A stretch of DNA of 64,000 nucleotides from Clostridia bacterium (GCA_017503135.1 JAFVTQ010000002.1:171502-235501), one strand, 5' to 3'. Positions 19,183 to 28,129 are shown, counted from the first letter of the stretch. Notes: generated from the sequence alone by a model not told the origin. Made by a program: numbers and translations.

Positions 19183-19934
19183 TATTTATCCTCCCCTGCA
19201 CTTCTGTCTTTATAAACACCCAATGGATAATATGGAATCATTTTTTCGTCAATCCATTTAAGTGCCTGTTGTGGTGTAAGACCCCAGTTTGTTGGACAAG
19301 ATGAAACAACTTCAACCAATGAGAAGCCTTTTCCGTCTAACTGATTCTGGAATGCCTTTTTGATTGCCTTTTTAGCATTACGAACTGCTTTAACGCTGTT
19401 TACTGTAACGCGTTCAAGGTATTCAGGACCATCAAGCTGTGAAAGCATTTCACAAACCTTAATTGGATAACCACAATGGTTAACATCACGACCATAAGGT
19501 GAAGTCTGTGTAACCTGACCTGGCAATGATGTTGGAGCCATCTGACCACCTGTCATACCATAAATTGCGTTGTTAACGAAAATAACTGTGATGTTTTCGT
19601 TTCTTGCTGCTGCGTGAACAGTTTCTGCCATACCGATTGATGCCAAGTCACCGTCACCTTGGTATGTGAAAACAACGTGATTTTCAGGGTCTGCACGCTT
19701 AACACCAGTTGCAACTGCAGGTGCACGACCGTGTGCTGCTTCAATCATATCGCAGTTAAAATAGTTATAAGCCATAACAGAGCAACCAACAGGTGCAACA
19801 CCGATTGTTCTGCCTTCAATGCCTAATTCGTCCATAACTTCTGCAACAAGACGGTGAATAATACCATGTGTGCAACCAGGACAATAGTGCATTGACATTT
19901 CATTTAATGAATGTGGTTTATCAAATACAACCAT
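19182..19934 (-). CDS. 2-oxoacid:ferredoxin oxidoreductase, beta (TPP-binding) subunit
   Basis: [13 protein letters not shown]...GDGDLASIG...[11 protein letters not shown] is the TPP-binding beta subunit pattern. Start overlaps the alpha stop. Confidence 0.9.
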   Translation of the reverse strand: MVVFDKPHSLNEMSMHYCPGCTHGIIHRLVAEVMDELGIEGRTIGVAPVGCSVMAYNYFNCDMIEAAHGRAPAVATGVKRADPENHVVFTYQGDGDLASIGMAETVHAAARNENITVIFVNNAIYGMTGGQMAPTSLPGQVTQTSPYGRDVNHCGYPIKVCEMLSQLDGPEYLERVTVNSVKAVRNAKKAIKKAFQNQLDGKGFSLVEVVSSCPTNWGLTPQQALKWIDEKMIPYYPLGVYKDRSAGEDK

Positions 19935-21001
19935 TATTTTGCACCTCCGTTTTCTGCTACTTCTTTAATTGCTTCTAACACCTGTTCAGGTGAAACAATC
20001 ATACCACCAACACGATTGCAAAGAGTAACTGGTACTTTGCATTCTGTTGCCAATCTAACATCTTCAATCATCTGACCCATTGAAAGTTCAACTGAGATGA
20101 TTGCCTTAACTTTATCTGCTGCTTTCTTGAATGGAGCAACAGGGAATGGCCATAATGTGATTGGTCTAATCATACCAACCTTGATGCCCTGTTTTCTTGC
20201 TTCGTTAACAGCATTTTTTGCAACACGAGAAGCGATACCGAATGCTGCGATTGCATATTCTGCATCATCCATAAGGTATTCTTCATACATTGCTTCGTTT
20301 TCTTTGATATAGTTATATTTTTCATAACGCTCAAAGTTAAGCTGTTCGAGTTCTTCTGGAACAAGAGACAATGAGTTAACAATATTGTGCTTTCTTTGGA
20401 GTTTTGTACCTACTGTTGCCCAAGGCTTTTCTGGAGCAGGCTTAACATCAAATTCAAGAGAAACAGGCTCCATCATCTGACCCATTGTACCATCAGCCAA
20501 AATCATTGATGTCATTCTGTATGTATCAGCAAGTTCAAAGCCCTTGACTGTAAGCTCTGCCATTTCTTGAACTGAAGCAGGAGCAAGAACTATCATATGA
20601 TAGTCACCGTGACCGCTGCCACGAGTTGCTTGGAAATAATCTGACTGGCTTGGCTGAATACCGCCAAGACCTGGGCCACCACGCTGAACATTTACAACGA
20701 GTGCTGGCAAGTCCGAACCAGCCATATATGAAAGACCTTCACTCTTAAGTGAAATTCCTGGGCTTGATGATGATGTCATAACACGACGGCCTGCCGCTGC
20801 AACACCATATACCATATTAATTGCTGCGATTTCACTTTCTGCTTGAAGGAATGCGCCACCGATTTTTGGCATTTTCTTTGCCATATAAGCAGCGATTTCT
20901 GTTTGTGGTGTAATTGGGTAACCGAAGTAATGACGACAACCTGCAATAATTGCTGCTTCGGCAATCGCTTCGTTACCTTTCATTAAAACTTTATCTGCCA
21001 T
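19934..21001 (-). CDS. 2-oxoacid:ferredoxin oxidoreductase, alpha subunit
   Basis: [30 protein letters not shown] is the pyruvate-flavodoxin/ferredoxin oxidoreductase N-terminal domain. Confidence 0.9.
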   Translation of the reverse strand: MADKVLMKGNEAIAEAAIIAGCRHYFGYPITPQTEIAAYMAKKMPKIGGAFLQAESEIAAINMVYGVAAAGRRVMTSSSSPGISLKSEGLSYMAGSDLPALVVNVQRGGPGLGGIQPSQSDYFQATRGSGHGDYHMIVLAPASVQEMAELTVKGFELADTYRMTSMILADGTMGQMMEPVSLEFDVKPAPEKPWATVGTKLQRKHNIVNSLSLVPEELEQLNFERYEKYNYIKENEAMYEEYLMDDAEYAIAAFGIASRVAKNAVNEARKQGIKVGMIRPITLWPFPVAPFKKAADKVKAIISVELSMGQMIEDVRLATECKVPVTLCNRVGGMIVSPEQVLEAIKEVAENGGAK

Positions 21002-21006
21002 TTAAC

Positions 21007-21213
21007 TCACCTCTCCACCTTAATTACACAGTCAGGACACATAATTGCACAAGATGCGCAACCGATACAAGCAGCTTCGTCTGTAAGCTCTGCAGGGTGA
21101 TGTCCCTTTTTGTTAATCTTGTCTGGTGACAACTGCAAAATGTTTTTTGGACAAGCATCAACACAAAGTCCGCAACCTTTACAGTTATCTGTTTTAAAGG
21201 TTAATTTAGCCAT
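21007..21213 (-). CDS. 2-oxoacid:ferredoxin oxidoreductase, delta subunit (2x[4Fe-4S] ferredoxin)
   Basis: Two CxxCxxCxxxCP motifs (CKGCGLCVDACP and CIGCASCAIMCP) in 68 aa. Confidence 0.9.
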   Translation of the reverse strand: MAKLTFKTDNCKGCGLCVDACPKNILQLSPDKINKKGHHPAELTDEAACIGCASCAIMCPDCVIKVER

Positions 21214-21231
21214 ATATATCGCTCCTTTAAT

Positions 21232-21906
21232 TTAGAGAATTTTATCTTGTAATGTCAACGCCAAAGGCATTGGCACTTTATCTGACAATTCATTATGAAG
21301 TTCTGCTTTATATGCCGTTGCAACTAGTGGTAACCCCGTCGCCTTGGACACGGCATTAGCATATGGGAGTGACCCTAACACATCTTCTGCTGTTGTTTCT
21401 TCACCCAAGTTTGAGTTGTTGACAAGCCCTGTAAATTTAATTCCACAGGCAAACTCGATTTCACCCATAACCTCAAGTGTATCTTCAACAGTTCGTGTTA
21501 AAGGTCTGCATTTATTTATTACCATGAGCATCTCATAGTCATTTTCTTCTTTGATTTTAGGGGCTAATCTGCCAAGTGCCAGAGCACCACGGTCATCTCC
21601 ACCCACATCAATGAGCACTCTATGAGATGTATCATCGGTAATCGAATACATTTCTTGTGGCAATGCAGGAATATCAACATTACTATTCGCAAATTCTGAA
21701 CAGATTAGTTTTATACCTGCACGAGCCAATTCTTCACTGCTGTCTTTTGTTCGGAAATATGGATTAACTATATCCAAATCGGCAATAGTGACTTTGTCAT
21801 ATTGCTTTTTCATCATCATTGCTAAATTCACGGCAACATTTGTTTTGCCACTGCCATAATGACCACACAAAAGAGTTATTCTTTTATCAATTTTCATATT
21901 TTTCAT
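21232..21906 (-). CDS. P-loop NTPase of the MinD/ParA/CooC-like type
   Basis: Deviant Walker A CGHYGSGKTNVAVNLA and DLDIVNPYF. The start overlaps the stop of the upstream ligase (TAATG). Confidence 0.65.
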   Translation of the reverse strand: MKNMKIDKRITLLCGHYGSGKTNVAVNLAMMMKKQYDKVTIADLDIVNPYFRTKDSSEELARAGIKLICSEFANSNVDIPALPQEMYSITDDTSHRVLIDVGGDDRGALALGRLAPKIKEENDYEMLMVINKCRPLTRTVEDTLEVMGEIEFACGIKFTGLVNNSNLGEETTAEDVLGSLPYANAVSKATGLPLVATAYKAELHNELSDKVPMPLALTLQDKIL

Positions 21907-24191
21907 TATAATTTATTACGCTGAATTTTACCACTTACAGTTTTTGGAAGTTCTGTTCTGAACTCAACAATTCTTGGATATTTATAAGGAGCAGTTCTGT
22001 CCTTAACATACTTCTGAATTTCTTTTTTGAGTTCTTCTGTTGGCTCTGTGCCATTTGTAAGCACGATAACTGCTTTAACTACCTGACCACGAACTTCGTC
22101 AGGAACTGCACAAACACCACATTCAAGAACATAAGGGAGTTCCATAATAACGCTTTCAATTTCAAATGGTCCGATTCTGTAACCTGATGATTTGATAACA
22201 TCATCAACACGACCAACATACCAATAGAATCCGTCTTCATCGCACCAAGCAGTATCACCTGTGTGGTAATATCCGTCGTGGATAACTTCGTCTGTCTTTT
22301 CTTGGTCTCTGTAATATTCTGTGAACAAGCCACAAGGTGAACCATTCTGAAGATTAACAACGATTTCACCAACCTGACCAACTGGTACTTTGTTTCCGTC
22401 GGCATCCATAAGTGAAACATCATAAATCGGAGCAGGTTTACCCATTGAGCCGATTTTATGTGGTGCGCCTGTAAGGTTACCGATAATCATTGTGCTTTCA
22501 GACTGACCAAAACCTTCAAGGATTTGAAGTCCTGTTGCCTTTTCAAATTGACGATAAACCTCAGGGTTGAGCGCCTCACCTGCTGTTGTCATATGCTGAA
22601 CTGATGACAAATCGTATTTTGAAATGTCTTGTTTAATCATCATACGAAGCATTGTTGGTGGTGCACAGAATGTTGTGATTTTATATTTTGCAAACATAGG
22701 AAGGATGTCTGCTGCATCAAAACGGTCAAAGTCATAAACAAATGTTGCTGCTTCTGCAAACCATTGTCCATAGAATTTACCCCACATTGATTTAGCCCAA
22801 CCTGTGTCTGAAATAGTGAAGTGTAATCCATCAGGGTTAACGTTGTGCCAATATTTTGCAGTATGGAAATGTCCCAAAGGATATAAATGATTATGTACTG
22901 CGATTTTAGGATATCCTGTTGTACCTGATGTGAAGAACATAAGTAATGGGTCTTTGCCTGATGGTGCGTCTTCTGTACGGTTATAATGTGTACTGTAAAG
23001 TGTGTACTCATCGTCAAAACTGCGCCAACCGTCACGAGAGCCATTAACGATTAATTTATTTTTAAGTTCAGGGCATTTTTCTGCTGCCAATTCAACCTGA
23101 TGAGCAGTATCACCGTCGGCAGTACAGATAATAGTGTTAACCCCTGCTGATTGGAAACGATATTCAAAATCGTGCTCTTGCAACTGATTTGTTGCAGGAA
23201 TTGCGATTGCACCAAGTTTGTTAAGACCTAACACAGCAAACCAGAATTGATAGTGACGTTTAAGCACCAACATAACTCTGTCGCCTTTTTGAATACCCAA
23301 AGATTTAAAATAGTTTGCACATTGGTTAGATGCTTTTTTCAAATCTTTGAATGTAAATCTGTTTTCAGTTTTATCGTTACTGATATGTAACATTGCAAGT
23401 TTATTTGGTTTGTCTTCTGCTAACTTATCAATAACATCAAAAGCAAAATTGAATTTTTCAATATTCTTAAACTCAATCTTTGTTGGTGTGCCGTTTTCAT
23501 CTTTTGTAACATTAACATATTTACGATAAACACGGTCTTTTGTGTCTGGAGTTGCTTTCTTTACCGCAACTGCACGGCTTGGTGTAAGTTCCGGAATTGG
23601 CTCACCTGTTGGATTAAGAACGATTGCGTAGAAAACGCAGTCTTTACCGTTAACAGCAATCATACCATGAGGAGTGTCACTATCATAATAAATGCTGTCA
23701 CCAGGTCCTAAAACTTCTTGGTGTTCACCAATCTGAATAAGCAAGTTACCCTCAACAACAACGTCACATTCCTGACCTGCGTGAGTTGTAAGTTCAATTT
23801 CACGTTGCTCTGCACTTGGGTCATATTTACACCTAACATATAGAGGTTCTGCAATACGATTTTGAAAAGCATAAGCCATATTGTAATATGTCATACCGTG
23901 TGCTTCTGCAACTTCCTGACCTGCTTCTTTACGTGTAACTATAAATGATTTAAGATTTGGGCTATAACCCTCAACGATTTCTGTGACATTGACACCAAAA
24001 ATCATTGCGCAACGATAAATGAAAGCGAAGTTCAAATCTCCGTTACCACTTTCGCAGTTACGGTATTCTTCTGCGCTGACACCGACCTTTGCAGCCATTT
24101 CTTCGATAGTGTAGTTCTCAATTTCACGAAGCTCGCGAATACGACGCGCCATCTCTTGAATTTTGTAGTCCAAACCAGTTATGCGTTCCAT
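21906..24191 (-). CDS. XRE-HTH + cupin + AMP-forming acyl-CoA synthetase fusion (paralogue A, behind the Val T-box)
   Basis: The N-terminus has YTIEEMAAKVGVSAEEYRNCESG (HTH_3). A cupin follows (GPGDSIYYDSDTPHGM), then an ACS-like core (FFTSGTTGYPK, YHTGD, SSGYRIGPFEIES, PKTVSGKIQR). The start was moved to ATG 24191 (MERITGL) behind a GGAGAA RBS. The track's extension reads through the T-box terminator. Confidence 0.85.
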   Translation of the reverse strand: MERITGLDYKIQEMARRIRELREIENYTIEEMAAKVGVSAEEYRNCESGNGDLNFAFIYRCAMIFGVNVTEIVEGYSPNLKSFIVTRKEAGQEVAEAHGMTYYNMAYAFQNRIAEPLYVRCKYDPSAEQREIELTTHAGQECDVVVEGNLLIQIGEHQEVLGPGDSIYYDSDTPHGMIAVNGKDCVFYAIVLNPTGEPIPELTPSRAVAVKKATPDTKDRVYRKYVNVTKDENGTPTKIEFKNIEKFNFAFDVIDKLAEDKPNKLAMLHISNDKTENRFTFKDLKKASNQCANYFKSLGIQKGDRVMLVLKRHYQFWFAVLGLNKLGAIAIPATNQLQEHDFEYRFQSAGVNTIICTADGDTAHQVELAAEKCPELKNKLIVNGSRDGWRSFDDEYTLYSTHYNRTEDAPSGKDPLLMFFTSGTTGYPKIAVHNHLYPLGHFHTAKYWHNVNPDGLHFTISDTGWAKSMWGKFYGQWFAEAATFVYDFDRFDAADILPMFAKYKITTFCAPPTMLRMMIKQDISKYDLSSVQHMTTAGEALNPEVYRQFEKATGLQILEGFGQSESTMIIGNLTGAPHKIGSMGKPAPIYDVSLMDADGNKVPVGQVGEIVVNLQNGSPCGLFTEYYRDQEKTDEVIHDGYYHTGDTAWCDEDGFYWYVGRVDDVIKSSGYRIGPFEIESVIMELPYVLECGVCAVPDEVRGQVVKAVIVLTNGTEPTEELKKEIQKYVKDRTAPYKYPRIVEFRTELPKTVSGKIQRNKL

Positions 24192-24214
24192 AGTTTTTCT
24201 CCATTCTCGGGACG

Positions 24215-24485
24215 AAAAAGCACCCGTCCCAAAGTTTATGACTTTGAGACGAGCGCCGAATATCTTTCGTTGCACCCGCGGTACCACTCAAATTGCAGTT
24301 TATAACTGCCACTCAGGGTCTGACAACCCTTATGCATTCACGCAGCAATCACGGAGAGATTCTACTAACCCCACAGGGCTTTCTTTCTCTCGGCTCGGAA
24401 GCTACAAACACAAAATCGAACCCGAATGACTTGCACCAACCGTCATTTCTCTGAAACCGTCTTTTTTGTGCACTCTTCGTCAGTG
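24215..24485 (-). promoter_or_regulatory. T-box leader, predicted Val specifier (GUA)
   Basis: The minus strand carries UGACGAAG, CAGAGAA, GGUUGGUGCAAG, and UUU-GUA-G-CUUC-CGAGC (codon at 24405-24403). It also has the T-box UUUGAGUGGUACCGCGG (about 24293-24277) and the terminator CGUCUCAAAGU..ACUUUGGGACG followed by GGUGCUUUUU. Confidence 0.8.
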
Positions 24486-24508
24486 CCTTTAACATTTAAT
24501 TGAATGGT

Positions 24509-24538
24509 ATTTTATCATAAACTCCATTCATTTGTCAA
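24509..24538 (-). promoter_or_regulatory. Promoter of the Val T-box operon
   Basis: Minus strand reads TTGACA (24538-24533), a 17-18 nt spacer, then ATAAAAT (24515-24509). It sits immediately after the stop of paralogue B. Confidence 0.5.
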
Positions 24539-24547
24539 CACATAATA

Positions 24548-26815
24548 TTACAATTTATTGCGCTGAATTTTTCCGCTGATTGTCTTTGGAAGCTCTGTTC
24601 TGAACTCAACAATTCTTGGATATTTATAAGGAGCAGTATGCTCTTTAACATATTTCTGGATTTCCTTTTTAAGTTCTTCACTGGATTCTGTTCCCTTTGT
24701 GAGAACAATTACAGCCTTAACAACCTGACCGCGAACTTCATCAGGGGCTGCACAAACGCCACATTCAAGAACATAAGGAAGTTCCATAATAACACTTTCG
24801 ATTTCGAAAGGTCCGATTCTGTAACCTGATGACTTGATAACGTCGTCAACACGGCCAACATACCAATAGAATCCATCTTCATCACGCCAAGCAGTATCGC
24901 CTGTGTGATAATAACCATCGTGCATAACTTCGTCTGTTTTTGCTTGGTCACGATAATAGCCCTTGAATAAGCCACAAGGAACTTTTTCAGAAATCTTAAC
25001 TACGATTTCACCAACTTCACCGTCAGGAACAGGATTTCCCTCCGAATCCATAAGGGAAACATCATAAAGTGGAACAGGAATACCCATTGAACCAACCTTA
25101 TGTTTGCCACCGAGCAAGTTAGCGATTGTGAGAGTAAGCTCTGTCTGACCAAAGCCTTCCATAATCTGTAATCCTGTTGCTTTTTCGAATTGACGATAAA
25201 CCTCAGGGTTGAGCGCTTCACCTGCTGTTGTCATATGCTTGATTGATGACAAATCGTATTTTGAAATATCCTGCTTAACCATCATGCGAAGCATTGTTGG
25301 TGGTGCACAGAATGTTGTTATCTGATATTTTGCGAACATTGGCAAGATATCTGCTGCATCAAAACGGTCAAAGTCGTATGTAAATACTGCGCCTTCGCAC
25401 AACCACTGACCATAGAGCTTGCCCCAAAGAGCTTTACCCCAACCTGTATCAGAAATTGTGAAATGCAAGCCGTGTTCACTGACACCGTGCCAATATTTTG
25501 CAGTAATATAGTGTCCCAAAGGATATTTATATGTATGTGATGCAATTTTTGGATAACCTGTTGTGCCCGATGTAAAGAACATAAGCATCAAATCGTCACC
25601 ACAAGGTGATTCTTCTGTACGATAATAGTGAGCACTATAAAGAGAGAATTCTTCGTTAAAGTTATTCCAACCCTCGCGCTTTTCACCAACAAGGATTTTT
25701 GTTGTGAGTGATGGACAAGTTTTCTGTGCTTCATCAACGTGGTCAGCAATTCCGTCGTCAGATGTACAAACGATTGCGCTGACACCCGCTGCGTTGAAAC
25801 GATATTCCAAATCGTGCACCTGTAACTGATGTGTAGCAGGAATAACAATAGCACCCAATTTGTGAAGTGCGAGCACTGCAAACCAGAATTGATAGTGACG
25901 CTTGAGCACAAGCATAACTCTGTCGCCTTTTTTGATACCCAACGCCTTGAAATAGTTAGCACATTGGTTAGATGCTCGTTTCATATCGTTGAAAGTAAAT
26001 CTTCTCTCAACCTTATTCTTATCAATATGAAGCATTGCAAGTTTATCAGGTGATTTTTTAGCAATAGCATCAACAACATCAAAAGCAAAGTTGAATTTGT
26101 CATCATTTACAAAGTCGATTGTCTTAACACGACCATTTTCGTCTTCAGTTGTTGTTATAAAATCTTCACTTACTAAATGTTTATCCCCTGAATGAGCAGT
26201 AACGATTGTATCGCGAATTTCAGTTTCGTCAGCATTTTCACCTGGCAAAACAACTGCTACGAATAAGCAATCCTGACCGTCAACAGCAATCATACCATGT
26301 GGTGTTGAACTGTTGTAATAAATGCTGTCACCCTCGCTTAAGTATTCAACATTGTCACCAATCTGAATTTTAAGACGACCACTCATAACAAAGTCAAATT
26401 CCTGACCTGAGTGCTTTGAGAGATGAATAGGTTTATTTTGTTGCTCTTCGCTATATTCATATCTAACCCAATAAGGCTCTGCAATTTTTTTACGGAATTG
26501 TGGTGCAAGGTTCTGAATTTCAATGCCATCTTCTTTAGCAGTTGCCTGACCCTTGCCCTTTCGAGTAATTGTATAAGAAGACAAGTGAGCGCTTCTACCT
26601 TCAAGCAAAACAGTAATGTCTATTCCGAAAACCTTTGCGCACTTATGAAGAAATGAGAATGGAAAATCCACTTCACCGTTTTCATAACGGATATACTCTT
26701 CTTCTGTTACTTCTGTTTTCTGTGCCATTTCTGCTTGAGTAAAATCTGCAATTTCGCGCATCTCACGAATTCGCAATGCTACCTCTTGCAATTTTTTTGA
26801 TTCAACTGTTGACAT
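24548..26815 (-). CDS. XRE-HTH + cupin + AMP-forming acyl-CoA synthetase fusion (paralogue B, behind the Ile T-box)
   Basis: Same architecture as 21906-24191. Long blocks are nearly identical to paralogue A, for example DFDRFDAADILPMFAKY.ITTFCAPPTMLRMM.KQDISKYDLSS and TAPYKYPRIVEFRTELPKT.SGKIQRNKL. ATG 26815 lies 8 nt after an AGGAGGAA RBS. Confidence 0.85.
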   Translation of the reverse strand: MSTVESKKLQEVALRIREMREIADFTQAEMAQKTEVTEEEYIRYENGEVDFPFSFLHKCAKVFGIDITVLLEGRSAHLSSYTITRKGKGQATAKEDGIEIQNLAPQFRKKIAEPYWVRYEYSEEQQNKPIHLSKHSGQEFDFVMSGRLKIQIGDNVEYLSEGDSIYYNSSTPHGMIAVDGQDCLFVAVVLPGENADETEIRDTIVTAHSGDKHLVSEDFITTTEDENGRVKTIDFVNDDKFNFAFDVVDAIAKKSPDKLAMLHIDKNKVERRFTFNDMKRASNQCANYFKALGIKKGDRVMLVLKRHYQFWFAVLALHKLGAIVIPATHQLQVHDLEYRFNAAGVSAIVCTSDDGIADHVDEAQKTCPSLTTKILVGEKREGWNNFNEEFSLYSAHYYRTEESPCGDDLMLMFFTSGTTGYPKIASHTYKYPLGHYITAKYWHGVSEHGLHFTISDTGWGKALWGKLYGQWLCEGAVFTYDFDRFDAADILPMFAKYQITTFCAPPTMLRMMVKQDISKYDLSSIKHMTTAGEALNPEVYRQFEKATGLQIMEGFGQTELTLTIANLLGGKHKVGSMGIPVPLYDVSLMDSEGNPVPDGEVGEIVVKISEKVPCGLFKGYYRDQAKTDEVMHDGYYHTGDTAWRDEDGFYWYVGRVDDVIKSSGYRIGPFEIESVIMELPYVLECGVCAAPDEVRGQVVKAVIVLTKGTESSEELKKEIQKYVKEHTAPYKYPRIVEFRTELPKTISGKIQRNKL

Positions 26816-26845
26816 AAGCAATTCCTCCTATACAGAAATTGAAAT

Positions 26846-27100
26846 AAAAAAATTCGCCTCAAAACTAATGCTTTGAGACGAATGTAAAATCATCCGCGGT
26901 ACCACTCAAATTGTAGCTTTCACTACCCCTCAAGGTCCAACAACCTTTATGCCTTTACGCAGCAATCACGAGAAACGTCTACTCCCAACAGGTTTCGGGT
27001 TTCCAGCTCAGAAGTGATAGGTTTCTGGATTTTTGTTATTGACTTGCACCAACCGTCAACTCTCTGAAAACAAGACATCCAAACCGTCTTCGTCATAGCT
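26846..27100 (-). promoter_or_regulatory. T-box leader, predicted Ile specifier (AUC)
   Basis: The minus strand carries UGACGAAG, CAGAGAG, GGUUGGUGCAAG, and U-AUC-A-CUUC-UGAGC (codon at 27018-27016). It also has the T-box UUUGAGUGGUACCGCGG (about 26912-26896) and the terminator UCGUCUCAAAG..UUUUGAGGCGA plus U7 (26882-26846). Confidence 0.85.
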
Positions 27101-27120
27101 TTTGCTATTAAATTACGGCT

Positions 27121-27149
27121 ATTATAACACCACAAAAAACCAATGTCAA
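27121..27149 (-). promoter_or_regulatory. Promoter of the Ile T-box unit
   Basis: Minus strand reads TTGACA (27149-27144), a 17 nt spacer, then TATAAT (27126-27121). Confidence 0.65.
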
Positions 27150-27292
27150 GAATTTTTTTGTTTTATTATATATAGGTATTATGTAACATTTTTTACCAAA
27201 TCCAATATAATTTTTCAAACTCTACTTATCGTAGGTTGTAAGTTTTATTGCTTAATATTATAATGTATTCATACAACTCAAAGGAGAAAATA

Positions 27293-27877
27293 ATGAATAC
27301 ATATATAACAGGTGCAACAATTAAAAATTTGCGTGAATCAAAAGGACTTACTCAACTACAATTAGCGGATAAAATTGGTGTCAGCAGTAAAACAGTTTCA
27401 AAATGGGAAACCGCAAAGGGATTACCCGATATTTCACTCGTTGAACCATTAAGTCAGGCTTTGTGCGTTTCAATAATGGAGCTTATGTCGGGTGAAATGA
27501 TAACTAATAAAAATATTTCGTCAAATATTCTTTTTTCAAAGTTCTATGTTTGCCCAATTTGTGGTAATGTAATCCACACAACGGGTGAAGCAGTAATCAG
27601 TTGTTGTGGAATAACTCTCCCACCCCTTGAAGCCGAAGAAATTGACGATAGCCACACAATAACTATTGAAAATGTTGAAGATGAGAAATTCATAACCGTT
27701 AATCACGAAATGACAAAAAATCACAACATTTCTTTTATAGCCTATGTCACTTCGGATAAAATCCACTTTGTCAAACTCTATCCCGAAGGCAACGCCGAAA
27801 CCAGAATACAGTTTCGTGGCAAAGGATATCTCTATATCTATTGCAATAAACACGGACTAATGAAAATGAAAGTATAA
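27293..27877 (+). CDS. HTH (XRE) - desulforedoxin - superoxide reductase fusion (HTH-Dx-SOR type desulfoferrodoxin)
   Basis: The N-terminus reads LRESKGLTQLQLADKIGVSSKTVSKWE. It is followed by CPICGN..x13..CCG (a Dx-type FeS4 site), then H..x5..H, H and CNKH ligand spacing as in SOR centre II. ATG 27293 follows an AAAGGAGAA RBS. Confidence 0.7.
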   Translation: MNTYITGATIKNLRESKGLTQLQLADKIGVSSKTVSKWETAKGLPDISLVEPLSQALCVSIMELMSGEMITNKNISSNILFSKFYVCPICGNVIHTTGEAVISCCGITLPPLEAEEIDDSHTITIENVEDEKFITVNHEMTKNHNISFIAYVTSDKIHFVKLYPEGNAETRIQFRGKGYLYIYCNKHGLMKMKV

Positions 27878-27945
27878 AAATCAGGTAGTGTATTTTGTGC
27901 ACTACCGATTCTTATTATAAAGTATAAAAAATATAAAAATTTCTA

Positions 27946-27974
27946 TTGACAAACAAAATAAAATAGTTTATACT
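27946..27974 (+). promoter_or_regulatory. Promoter of tRNA-Pro
   Basis: TTGACA (27946-27951), a 17 nt spacer, then TATACT (27969-27974). Confidence 0.55.
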
Positions 27975-28002
27975 ATCAAGGCTGACAAAAAAGTACATAC
28001 TT

Positions 28003-28078
28003 CGGGGTGTAGCGCAGCTGGTAGCGCGCCACATTTGGGATGTGGATGCCGCAGGTTCGACTCCTGTCACTCCGACCA
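28003..28078 (+). tRNA. tRNA-Pro (anticodon UGG), CCA encoded
   Basis: Manual cloverleaf: acceptor CGGGGTG/CACTCCG, D arm GCGC/GCGC, anticodon stem CCACA/TGTGG with loop TTTGGGA, T arm GCAGG-TTCGACT-CCTGT, then discriminator A and CCA. Confidence 0.9.
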
Positions 28079-28087
28079 CAGCGAAAA

Positions 28088-28113
28088 AGGTACCCTTTAG
28101 GGTGCCTTTTTTT
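28088..28113 (+). terminator. Intrinsic terminator after tRNA-Pro
   Basis: AGGTACCC-ttta-GGGTGCCT followed by T7. Confidence 0.7.
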
Positions 28114-28129
28114 GTTGTGCATTAAAAAT

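Noticed and set aside
24124-24429. Small ORFs 24124-24312 (-) and 24181-24429 (+), and likewise 26947-27135 (-)
   Set aside because: They lie entirely within the T-box leaders. The reading frames are by-products of the conserved RNA sequence.
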